Shown: piece by piece, positions 28,670-37,546 of the stretch
Layout of the letters: each line of letters opens with the position of its first letter
How positions within the stretch are numbered: position 1 is the first letter of the stretch
Source of the DNA: an uncultured Gammaproteobacteria bacterium
GTDB taxonomy: Bacteria > Pseudomonadota > Gammaproteobacteria > Steroidobacterales > Steroidobacteraceae
NCBI GenBank assembly: GCA_963787695.1
Contig: CAWBDX010000003.1
Location: forward strand, 254,973 to 318,972
Direction of reading: 5' to 3'
Length of the DNA: 64,000 nt
The notes under the pieces: model-generated
Database searches by the model: none
Told to the model about the DNA's origin: nothing
The model's input: only the letters and a program-made list of their open reading frames with translations
Made by a program: the position numbers and the translations under genes

Positions 28670-30355
28670 CTAGTTGAACACGCAAGTGAAGCTACTCGCC
28701 TGATCAACCGAGGCGCCGATTTGCCCCGTGAACTTCGGCCACCGAGGATAGACGCACATGGGCCGCGTGCGGCCGCGATGTTCAGTGTTTTCATCTACGG
28801 CGATCAGCACTTCAGGCGCGCTACCACTGTTCACCCATTGATCTAGCGCGGTCAGATCATCGTACTTGGCATTAAAAGTGCCAAATCCGTGTGACAAACC
28901 CGGCACCTTATAGTACCGAACGAACGAGTCCATCGCCGCTTTGCCTTGTTTGGCCAGATGCCGCTCGTAATAGGCGTCGCTGTTTCCCGGCGCGATGAAG
29001 TCGTCCTCGGTGCCGTGCGCGAGAATGAGCTTGCCTCCCCGCAACCTAAACGGTGTCAGATCGCTATCAGTGACGTCCAAGATCTTTGCCACTTCCTCGA
29101 TGCGCGCTCGATACGCCGCAGGCTTGAATTTCAACGGATCGTAGTTCGGCTCGCGAGTAATGATGTATTTCACGGTCGCGGCGCCTGCGGTGTATAGAAG
29201 CGCATCCATGCTGGTTGGTGGATTCCCGGGGACGCGCCGCGTACCGAAATTGGAGATCACGAAGCTCGACCCTTCGAGCAGCGCCCAGGGAGTGAACTCA
29301 TCCGCTCCAGCGACGGCAAAGCCCGGCCGATAGGGTGAAACGATACGCGCCACCGCCTCAATTTGCGCATCTGACAGACAGCTCATGCCGCTGTCCTTGC
29401 CGTCGCCACAACGCAAGGTGTTCCTGACCGTTTCAATATTGAAGGTACGATGGCAGGCCGCGAGATTGCTGATAATGCCATCGGTCGCGCCATCCAACGG
29501 GTCGCACGCCTTACGCACCGCATCGGTGAGCACCTTGGTTTTCTCTGGACTGAGCCATCCGGCGCCATCGTTTGAATAGACTGCCTGCCCAACATTCAGC
29601 GACGCTAGGTGAAGCAATGTGACATTGTAAGCGGGGTAGTTCGCCACCACGCCGTCAAAGTCCGCCGCGTAGTATGCCGCCGCATTGAGCGCTTCATGTC
29701 CGCCCTGGGAGTTGCCGATGAAATAGGTTCGCGTCGGCTTCATCATGTAACGCGCCATGATGATCTCGACAGCCACGTCGTGTACTCTCTTCACCGATTC
29801 GCGGCCGTAGTTTCGCAGTGCCTCCTCGTCCAGGCCGAACCGTCCATCGAACCCGGGGCCGCCTTGATGGCCGCCGTCGCCTCCGGCAGTGACGTAGCCA
29901 CGTTGCAATGGATGCGAGAGGGTCTTTGGCTGAAGTCCCTCGGCGCCGAGCCCGGTCACCAGAAAGCCGTCAAACCCGCCCCCACCCATCTGGAGCAGCT
30001 TGCTATTCCAGCTGCTCGGCAGATTGACCTCGAACTGCATGCGTGGCGAGCTCGCATTCACAGGAAGGATCCAGCCCTTCACCTCGCAGTATTCACCGTT
30101 GACATTGCCCTCCGCGGTTGCGGATACGAGCCGGCTGCCGTCGATGCGCGCGCCGCTGGTTGGCAGTCCGATCTTGACCGCCGAGATCTCCACGCCCAAC
30201 AGCGCCTCGCAGGCTTCGCGCGCCGTAGCGTGTTCAGCCGCGATTCCCGGGCGAACCCCAAGCGCCCCCGTCACCCACATGATCGCGAGCATGTACCTTC
30301 TCGTGTATCGATATCTTTCGTACATGGTGCTCACCCTTGCCGTTTGTGGATGCAT
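28670..30355 (-). CDS. Tannase / feruloyl esterase family alpha/beta hydrolase
   Basis: GNSQGGHEA nucleophile motif, multiple conserved Cys, length about 560 aa. The start is uncertain (ATG 30355 or 30325). A TRRYML motif suggests export. Confidence 0.85.
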   Translation of the reverse strand: MHPQTARVSTMYERYRYTRRYMLAIMWVTGALGVRPGIAAEHATAREACEALLGVEISAVKIGLPTSGARIDGSRLVSATAEGNVNGEYCEVKGWILPVNASSPRMQFEVNLPSSWNSKLLQMGGGGFDGFLVTGLGAEGLQPKTLSHPLQRGYVTAGGDGGHQGGPGFDGRFGLDEEALRNYGRESVKRVHDVAVEIIMARYMMKPTRTYFIGNSQGGHEALNAAAYYAADFDGVVANYPAYNVTLLHLASLNVGQAVYSNDGAGWLSPEKTKVLTDAVRKACDPLDGATDGIISNLAACHRTFNIETVRNTLRCGDGKDSGMSCLSDAQIEAVARIVSPYRPGFAVAGADEFTPWALLEGSSFVISNFGTRRVPGNPPTSMDALLYTAGAATVKYIITREPNYDPLKFKPAAYRARIEEVAKILDVTDSDLTPFRLRGGKLILAHGTEDDFIAPGNSDAYYERHLAKQGKAAMDSFVRYYKVPGLSHGFGTFNAKYDDLTALDQWVNSGSAPEVLIAVDENTEHRGRTRPMCVYPRWPKFTGQIGASVDQASSFTCVFN

Positions 30356-30362
30356 TCTATCC

Positions 30363-30539
30363 TCAGTCCGAACTCCCTTGACCCGAAGCCCACGCATTGA
30401 ACTCGCGGATAAGAACCAGAACTAAGGCGACGAGCCCAACAGCCACGGCGGCCAAAGCGATAGCCGCGCCCAATTGAACGTTGGGAATACTGAAGGTGAC
30501 GATGGTGGCCGGCTTGCGTTCGATGATCTCGACTTTCAT
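30363..30539 (-). CDS. Small hypothetical single-TM protein (58 aa)
   Basis: Trimmed to ATG 30539 with GAGG upstream. Hydrophobic core (AAIALAAVAVGLVALVLVLI). It ends 7 nt before the tannase start. Confidence 0.45.
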   Translation of the reverse strand: MKVEIIERKPATIVTFSIPNVQLGAAIALAAVAVGLVALVLVLIREFNAWASGQGSSD

Positions 30540-31099
30540 GGCTGCCTCGGTTGTTACGGCGCTGAACGGCAGCATTCTTTCCTGATTCCCCGTGGGGTTC
30601 CTGATCGGGCTTGTGGTTTATCTGACCAGGATTGCGCTTCGCGGACTGCCTCGCATTACCGTCCCCTTCGCCGTCACAAAAAACCGATGCATCAGCGGCG
30701 TCCCCGCGCGGGTCGCGATTCGATGCCGGGGCAATTTCATATGGATCTCGCGTTGAACGCCTGCAAACATCCTACACAGACACACACTTCTCCCAAACTC
30801 ATTGTATTGTCACTCGGCATGCAACCCTCAGATCGCCAAGACCACCAAACCGATGCAAAATAGATACCAGCCACAACTGCATAATCAACATCTTACGTAC
30901 ATAATATATAGTGTTACGTTATATTCTGGTCACGCAAGTTTGCAAGCGCCATTGCCAGTGCTGATGACCTTGGATAGATTGCGCCATTGATGCGAATCAC
31001 CGCGCGGCATATGGCGGTCACGGCATGGGAAGTCCGTTTGACGCTGATATCCGCGGTAGAGGAATGTTCGACTGTTCTTTATAGCACGGGCTATCGAAT

Positions 31100-31906
31100 A
31101 TGCATCCGATAAAATCTCAGGGTTGGTTTGCCGTTGCATGGTTGGCCGCCGAGGCCCTGTTACTGCCGGCCAATTCACAAGCCCAATGGAAGACGCATTG
31201 GGATTACGAGGGACCTAAGGGAGCTGCTCACTGGAGCGAACTTGATCCCGCGTACGCGACGTGCAACCTCGGCAAGGAACAATCGCCGATCGACATTCGA
31301 AGTGCAGAGAAAGCGCCACTACCAACTTTACAATTCGATTCCAGAATCGGCCCACTAAAATATCTGCTTAACAACGGCTACACCATTCGCGTGAACTACC
31401 ACGACGTTCCGGGAACCGGAAACCTTTTGATTGTCGGAGGACAGCGGTACCAGCTTACGCAATTGCACTTTCACAGACCGAGCGAAGAGTACATTCACGG
31501 TAAGCCGTTCGATATGGTGGCGCACTTGATGTACCAAACCACTGAGGGAAAGGTGGTCGGCGTTGCAGTGCTTCTCAAGGCGGGTAATCCTAACGCGACC
31601 ATTCAGCAAATTTGGGACCATATGCCGAAGAGCGAGAGCAAGGTATTGACCGACTACTCGCATCAGGAACAAGAGATCCCCGGTATCGAGATTAATCCCG
31701 CCGGCCTGCTGCCCGACGACGTTGGTTATTACACGTACATGGGCTCTGTAACGGCCCCGCCCTGCACCGAGGGGGTAAGGTGGTATGTATTGAAGACTTC
31801 AGTCAATATCTCTGCAAAGCAGATCCAGGCATTTGCCAAGCTTTATCCGCACGATGTCCGCCCTCCCCAGCCGCTCAACGGACGCGTCGTGCAAGAGACC
31901 CAGTAA
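31100..31906 (+). CDS. Alpha-class carbonic anhydrase, secreted
   Basis: Signal peptide. Motifs are SPIDI, QLHFHRPSEE (Zn His pair), MVAHLMY (third His), and GSVTAPPCTEGVRW. Confidence 0.9.
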   Translation: MHPIKSQGWFAVAWLAAEALLLPANSQAQWKTHWDYEGPKGAAHWSELDPAYATCNLGKEQSPIDIRSAEKAPLPTLQFDSRIGPLKYLLNNGYTIRVNYHDVPGTGNLLIVGGQRYQLTQLHFHRPSEEYIHGKPFDMVAHLMYQTTEGKVVGVAVLLKAGNPNATIQQIWDHMPKSESKVLTDYSHQEQEIPGIEINPAGLLPDDVGYYTYMGSVTAPPCTEGVRWYVLKTSVNISAKQIQAFAKLYPHDVRPPQPLNGRVVQETQ

Positions 31907-32218
31907 CTCGATTCTCAAGATTATCACGAGGTTCTCCGATCGAAGTATCCACTCCAGATGCGCCTCTGCGGTCTATAAACTCGTAAGCCATTACGCGGCC
32001 GCTCGAGGACTCAGGACCGGGCTCACGCGCCGCGCGCCATCGCCGCCACCAAACCGCCCGATCACGACACCGACATCGCGAAGGTGAAGGAGTAGGTCGG
32101 CCATTCAAAGATGGCCACCACTGCATCTGCGATCGGCGCAAAATGCAGGCTGAAGATTCCTCCACCTTTAAGTGAACTATCAACGATGTTGATCTCTTAA
32201 ATCCGACCTCCTCCGTCA

Positions 32219-33930
32219 TTGAACGCCGGCCCTAAAACGATCTTCATCTCCCTTGCAATTGGCATTGCTATTGCGTGCGTCTTTATTTTCGAAGGCATTT
32301 ACCAGCAAGCCAAGACCACCGCGATCACGAAGCTGTATCAGCAAGAGATGATCGATGCGCGGCAGGCGGCCCGCGGGATCGAAGATTACTTCGCGACTTG
32401 GACGGGAAACTTAAACGCCTTGTCACAAATGAAAACGGTAGTCGTGGACGATCGTGAGGGCAAAGCTGTTCTGAAGCTATTCTACGAGACTAACCAAACG
32501 CGGATCATGGAGATCTGCCGCGTGGATGAAAAAGGCGTGATTCTGGATGACTTCCCCGACACTCACGCGGTGGGATTGGACATCTCATTTCGAAAACATA
32601 TTGTTGAGTTGAGGCGGGAACACAAGCCGGTGATCAGTGAGGTGTTCAGAACCATCGAGGGAATTGACGCGGTTGCCCTTCATGTTCCCGTCCAGCGCGG
32701 GGCTGAATTCAATGGGTCTGTGGAAATCCTGGTCGACTTCAAAAACCTCGCGAAGCGCTATCTAGAAGTCATCAAGATAGGCGAAACCGGCTACGCCTGG
32801 ATGATCAGTCAGGAAGGAACCATCCTTTACACACCGGTGCCCGACTTCATTGGCAAATCCATATTGGCAGTCGACAAGGACAACCCTTCATTGAGTGCCC
32901 TCGAAACCGCCATGCTCCGGGGTCGCGAGGGTACCGCGGAATATACCTCAGAAAGAATCGGCGCCCGGCATGTGGATCCGGCCAGGAAATTCGCGGTGTA
33001 TTTGCCGGTTCGTTTCGGCAATACGTTTTGGTCGATTTGCGTGGCCTCGAGCGAACAGGATGTTTTTGCCGATCTGACCGCTTTCCGCAATAAGCTGGCC
33101 GCGGCCATGAGCATTTTCTTCATCGTTGGTGTGATATTGTCGACGCTCGCGGCAAGGGCATGGTTGATCGTCAAAGAGAAAGAGAAGAACGCCCGCGCGG
33201 AGCTGGAAATTGCGCGACAGCAAAACCAACTGACCCATCTTTCTCGCGTAAGTATGCTCGGCGAATTGTCAGGCTCCATTGCCCACGAAATAAGCCAGCC
33301 GCTCACCGCCATCTTGAGCAACGCGCATGCGGCGCAGCTGCTTCTCAGCCAAACCGAACCAGACCTAAAGGAACTGCGCGAAATTCTTAAGGACATCGTG
33401 GCTGACGATCAACGAGCGGTAGAGGTTATCCGTCGCCTACGTCAGCTACTTAAGCGAGGGGAAGTACAGTTCCAGCCGCTCAGCGCGAATGAGATCGTTG
33501 CGGACGTGCTCAAGCTGCTGCGCAGCGAACTTGTTGCTCGCAGCGTCACCGTACACTCTGAACTTGCCTCGGGATTGCCGATTCTGCGAGGCGATCGCGT
33601 GGAACTCCAGCAAGTGTTGATTAATCTGGTCACGAACGCTTGCGACGCGATGGCTGACATGCCGAAAGAGGCTCGAGTTCTCACGATCCGCACCGCTCTG
33701 GACAGAAATGATCTCGTGCTGATCTCGGTTTGCGATGCCGGTCCTGGCATCGCCGAAGGGAAACTGGAGCAAGTGTTTGAGCCTTTTTCACCAGCAAGGC
33801 AAATGGCTTGGGCTTGGGGCTACCCGTCTGCCGCACGATTATCAACGCCCACGGAGGGAAGTTATGGGCTGAGCAAAATTCGGCGCGCGGTGCGACGTTT
33901 CATCTATTGTTGCCCGTGACTGCAGGTTGA
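32219..33930 (+). pseudogene. Cache-domain sensor histidine kinase, reading frame broken in the ATP-binding domain
   Basis: TM, Cache-like periplasmic domain, TM, H-box SIAHEISQPLTAI, N-box LINLVTNACDA, and G1 box DAGPGI. After EQVFEPF the annotated frame gives nonsense. The -1 frame from 33787 reads FTSKANGLGLGLPVCRTIINAHGGKLWAEQNSARGATFHLLLPV and stops at 33928-33930. The break is at a T5 run (33784-33788). Confidence 0.85.
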
Positions 33931-33935
33931 ACAAC

Positions 33936-34406
33936 TCAGAACCCCGGCTTCGCCACCATCAAATAGGAAATCACCAACACTCCGATGAACGCCGGCCACC
34001 CAAGCCAAAACCACTGACGATAGTAGAACTGGTATACCACCGGCAACGGCAGATCATGGTTCGCCGCGTCTATGGCCAAGTCCCGCATCCGTATCTGCAG
34101 CCACACCACGGGCAACCAACAGCAGCCTACAATCAAGTACAGCGCGATCGACAGTACCAGCCACGGCGTCAAGAGCGGATACCCTGCTAGGAGCGCGAGC
34201 GCGACCCCCGTAATCGGCTGCAGCACTACCGCACTGGCCGTAAATATCAGATCCGCCAGTACGACATCGCGCGCAACGCTAGCAACAACTTTTGTATCAC
34301 CCGTGCGCTGCGCTCGAACAAAAAAGAACGCGATGCCGGCGCCGGTGCCGAACAGCACCGTCGCGGAAATGATGTGTACCCACTTGATGAGCAAGTACCA
34401 GTTCAT
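33936..34406 (-). CDS. DUF2269 family integral membrane protein
   Basis: MNWYLLIKWVHIISATVLFGTGAGIAFFF and a four-TM layout, typical of DUF2269. Confidence 0.8.
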   Translation of the reverse strand: MNWYLLIKWVHIISATVLFGTGAGIAFFFVRAQRTGDTKVVASVARDVVLADLIFTASAVVLQPITGVALALLAGYPLLTPWLVLSIALYLIVGCCWLPVVWLQIRMRDLAIDAANHDLPLPVVYQFYYRQWFWLGWPAFIGVLVISYLMVAKPGF

Positions 34407-35494
34407 GGATGAGAATCAACTGCCGTCGTTGATATACCCCAACTCGCGAATTCTGGCTCGAAGTCTGCGAGCTCGAGAATTCCCATACAGACTTTGGCGC
34501 CCGGCATGATCACATCTCCGTGTCTCCACCGGTTCGCAAGAATGGCGGCCGTCATGCACGGGATTTCAGGACCACGATTGCTTTCCGCCACGAGCTCCCA
34601 CGTTCTACACAACGTCTGCCCTGCAACGTCTTTTCCGACAACCCGAATCGACATTCCGCCGGTGTCGCTACCCAGCCAGTTGAGCCAAGTGCCGACATGA
34701 TCGAAAGCGCTTCCCCAGCGAGCCATCGGAACAACTAACCCCATTCGCCGAAACGCAGCTACCAACCACAACGCGTAGTGCTGCAGGGATACCTCCAGTG
34801 CGGCTCGAAACGCGACCGTCCGCACACCCGGATATCGCGCCGGCAGAAATTCCAGATCCGGCACGTCGCAGGCGGCTGCGAGTCGCGTACCAAAGGAAAA
34901 ATGTTCCCGCCTAAGCTCCTGCCATCCATACGCCGTGCGCCACTCTCCTTCTTTCCACCATTCAAAGGGTTGCCCCACATATCCCAAAACGCCCGCGACC
35001 GTGGCAACGCCACGCGGTGCGTGCTGACCAGGCGCGATAACGATATCGATGCCATCTAACGATGCGAAGGCTCGCTTGAGCGAATCTACGACTGCCGAGG
35101 ACAGCGCGGGCAGCGTGCTCGCTCCGGTGATCGCGAACCGCTCTGCTCGTTCTGCGGCAGGGCCCACGTCGCTCACGAATCCCGCCACGAAACTCCGGCC
35201 ATCCGCGATGTCGATGTAATTGGCACCGCAGGCGAGACTCGCCAGCGCAACCCGGTAGTCCTGCCCTTGGAACGGACCTGCACAATGAATGACCAGACCG
35301 GGCTTCAGGGACTTCAAATCTGCCGCAAAAGTGCGACTGTTGATATCAAGTATTGCCGTCTCGATCGATCGGGGTTTTCCATTCTCACTGCGCCGACGGC
35401 TTGTGGCGAAGATTTCAAATCCAGATTCGCGCGCCAGGCGCCTGCAGATTCGGGCGCCGAAGTTCCCCAAACCTCCAATGACCACAACCCGCAT
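34403..35494 (-). CDS. Saccharopine-dehydrogenase-like NAD(P)-binding protein
   Basis: N-terminal Rossmann motif (MRVVVIGGLGNFGARI). The stop overlaps the DUF2269 start (ATGA). Confidence 0.8.
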   Translation of the reverse strand: MRVVVIGGLGNFGARICRRLARESGFEIFATSRRRSENGKPRSIETAILDINSRTFAADLKSLKPGLVIHCAGPFQGQDYRVALASLACGANYIDIADGRSFVAGFVSDVGPAAERAERFAITGASTLPALSSAVVDSLKRAFASLDGIDIVIAPGQHAPRGVATVAGVLGYVGQPFEWWKEGEWRTAYGWQELRREHFSFGTRLAAACDVPDLEFLPARYPGVRTVAFRAALEVSLQHYALWLVAAFRRMGLVVPMARWGSAFDHVGTWLNWLGSDTGGMSIRVVGKDVAGQTLCRTWELVAESNRGPEIPCMTAAILANRWRHGDVIMPGAKVCMGILELADFEPEFASWGISTTAVDSHP

Positions 35495-35497
35495 GAG

Positions 35498-35821
35498 CTA
35501 CTGCGACAAGTAGCAGGTGCTGCGGCGGCCGAACCGTCGGTGGCGCTTGCGCGCCAACAACCGGTACAGCGAATCGCGCCAGGTCTTTGGAACGACGCGC
35601 GCCGCGTCGGCGAAGCGCCAAATACCGCCCAATGCAGCGATTGTGTGGATCGCTGCATTGGAATCGGTGAACTGCCGGCCCTGATCCAAGACCAAAAAAG
35701 TGGCGGGATCCTCCAGCTGCCTGAGCACAATGCGCAGTGGCTCCGTCATGACAACGGTTACGATGGTGCTGACGATAACGCTGACAGAAATGCCAAGTGC
35801 CAAGGCGGATAGCTGATCCAT
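35498..35821 (-). CDS. DCC-family (DUF393) thiol-disulfide-oxidoreductase-like protein lacking the CxxC half
   Basis: The C-terminal part SNAAIHTIAALGGIWRF...VPKTWRDSLYRLLARKRHRRFGRRSTC matches the DCC-family tail. The N-terminus is a TM-like segment instead of the DGxCxLC region. Confidence 0.5.
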   Translation of the reverse strand: MDQLSALALGISVSVIVSTIVTVVMTEPLRIVLRQLEDPATFLVLDQGRQFTDSNAAIHTIAALGGIWRFADAARVVPKTWRDSLYRLLARKRHRRFGRRSTCYLSQ

Positions 35822-35836
35822 AGCAATTTCCTTATC

Positions 35837-36409
35837 TCATTGATCTCGGCTCTTTCTCCCGCCACGGTCGAGCAGGCGCGCGATCCCGCCGCCCAATTTT
35901 ATGAGCGTAACGATCGATGACCGAGGCAGCGCGATCATCTGGTCATACCAACGGCTCAAGCGTTCGACGAAGTCGAGCATCTCTCTTAAGCGCAGTTGTA
36001 CGACCGGATCGACGCTTATGTCGTCCCGGGACATTTCTACACATTCACGCAAAGCCGCCGCCGCCGGGTCGAGTTCGCGCGACTTGCGCCCGGCTGCGAT
36101 TCTCGATACCAGAACCCATAGGTCGGTTTCGGCGGTGTAAAAGGTGCGTCGGTCGCCTGAGATCGGCACCGAGCGGATGATGTTCCATGACTGCAGTTCG
36201 CGCAGCGAATTCGACACATTGGAGCGCGCGATGCCCAACGCATCGGCGATGTCCTCGGCTGCAAGGGGCCCCTTCGATGCATACAGCAGTGCATGAATCT
36301 GGCTGACCGAGCGGTTGACCCCCCAGCGCTCGCCCAAGTTGCCCCACTCCAACACGAAGCGCCGGACCGCGTCGGGTATGCTGTCTTTGATATCTGTTAT
36401 TTCTGTCAT
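35837..36409 (-). CDS. GbsR/MarR family transcriptional regulator
   Basis: Trimmed to ATG 36409. The pattern WGVNRSVSQIHALLYASKGPLAAEDIADALGIARSNVSNSLRELQSWNIIR is typical of GbsR-type wHTH regulators. Confidence 0.8.
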   Translation of the reverse strand: MTEITDIKDSIPDAVRRFVLEWGNLGERWGVNRSVSQIHALLYASKGPLAAEDIADALGIARSNVSNSLRELQSWNIIRSVPISGDRRTFYTAETDLWVLVSRIAAGRKSRELDPAAAALRECVEMSRDDISVDPVVQLRLREMLDFVERLSRWYDQMIALPRSSIVTLIKLGGGIARLLDRGGRKSRDQ

Positions 36410-36424
36410 GACAGATATTACAGA
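36390..36424. promoter_or_regulatory. Large near-palindrome centred on the gbsR-like start codon (operator candidate)
   Basis: ATATCTGT (36390-36397) is the reverse complement of ACAGATAT (36411-36418). There is a perfect inner palindrome CTGTCATGACAG (36403-36414). The overall layout is CTGT-N5-CTGT-CATG-ACAG-N5-ACAG. Confidence 0.5.
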
Positions 36425-36558
36425 CCAAACGAGATGGTTTGTCAAGCAGGTCGCCGCGTGTCCCATGAGGCGCGAAGAAAACGCATGGCTTTTCTCCGAT
36501 GACCGGGCTGTTCGGCTGTTTACATCTAAACCTTGGGCTGCAACAATTTATTCGATAA

Positions 36559-37119
36559 AAGCCCGGTGCTTCCGGCCTCGCCTCGGCCTCCCCGGTCACA
36601 TACACCATCGATCCCAATCACACTCATCCCGAGTTCGAGGCTGATCACCTGGGCGGTGTTTCGATTTGGCGGGGTCTGTTTAAGAGGACCAGCGGCACCA
36701 TTATTCTTGACGCAGCCGCGCAGACCGGCACGCTGGATGTCGCCATTGACATCGCCAGTGTGGAATTCGGTAATGATAAATTGAATGAGGAAGCCGTCAA
36801 CTCGACCGCGCCGCCGATTTTCGAGGCGCAGAAATATCCGACCGCGTACTACAACGGCACGTTGGGTGGCTTCATTAACGGCTCCCCAACGACGGTCGCA
36901 GGCCTCCTCACGCTTCACGGCATCACGAAGCCCGTTGCCTTGCGAATCGCTTCCTTCAAATGTGTGGTCGATCTACCAGCGACGCAGAAGCACGTGTGCG
37001 GCGCCGACGCATCCGGCACGTTCAACCGCGCAGACTTCGGCATCACCGTCGGTCAAAGGTATGGTTTCAAAATGGAAGTGACACTCCACATCCAGCTTGA
37101 AGCAATTAAGGTCGAGTGA
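36559..37119 (+). pseudogene. YceI family protein gene without a usable start or signal peptide
   Basis: The frame reads ...ASASPVTYTIDPNHTHPEFEADHLGGVSIWRGLFKRTSGTIILD... (conserved YceI N-terminus) continuously into ORF 36760..37119. There is no ATG/GTG/TTG between the in-frame TAA (36556-36558) and GTG 36760. Confidence 0.7.
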
Positions 37120-37159
37120 TGTCGCGTCCCTCCCCCGGCTTTGGCCTATTCGAACTAAA

Positions 37160-37438
37160 CTAGGGTGAGCGTTGTTTGTCTATAATTTCCTTGATCTTGC
37201 GCTCCTCCCACTCAGATCCCAAAAAGCCGCCGAGCCCAAACACCGAAAGTCCATGCGCAACCAAGCCGATGCCCCAGCCGAGTAGCGGATAGAAAAACCA
37301 GATATGGTCGCCAGATGTCAGCAAATTGATGGCAATCAACAAGGCGTTCACGAGCACATAGACGGTTGCGTGGACGTAGAAGCCTTTTATTTGCCCGACA
37401 CGCCTTTTTGCTCTGTGATAGATCTCCTGATCATCCAT
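37160..37438 (-). CDS. 2TM-domain protein
   Basis: RAKRRVGQIKGFYVHATVYVLVNALLIAINLL...WFFYPLLGWGIGLVAHGL matches the 2TM domain pattern. Confidence 0.75.
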   Translation of the reverse strand: MDDQEIYHRAKRRVGQIKGFYVHATVYVLVNALLIAINLLTSGDHIWFFYPLLGWGIGLVAHGLSVFGLGGFLGSEWEERKIKEIIDKQRSP

Positions 37439-37546
37439 GGTCTTCCTCCCTCTTAAGATGCGCTCGTGCTAACGGCTCGTTGCTAAAGACTACCCCTCAG
37501 CGCCGCTATAGTCCCTCCAATTCTCGAGCATTCTGCAATTCCCTGC

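Noticed and set aside
28868-28883. Sigma-54-like TGGCAC-N5-ATGC on the minus strand.
   Set aside because: It lies inside the tannase coding sequence, and the -12 element is ATGC rather than TTGC. Most likely a chance match. Coordinates are approximate.
29609-30425. Plus-strand ORFs 29609..30400 and 30000..30425.
   Set aside because: They are antisense shadows of the tannase gene.
31875-32219. 114-aa minus ORF, and a start-less frame ending ...FEWPTYSFTFAMSVS, between the CA and kinase genes.
   Set aside because: There is no start codon for the more protein-like frame, no SD and no recognisable family. The stretch is treated as non-coding spacer of the lower-GC block.
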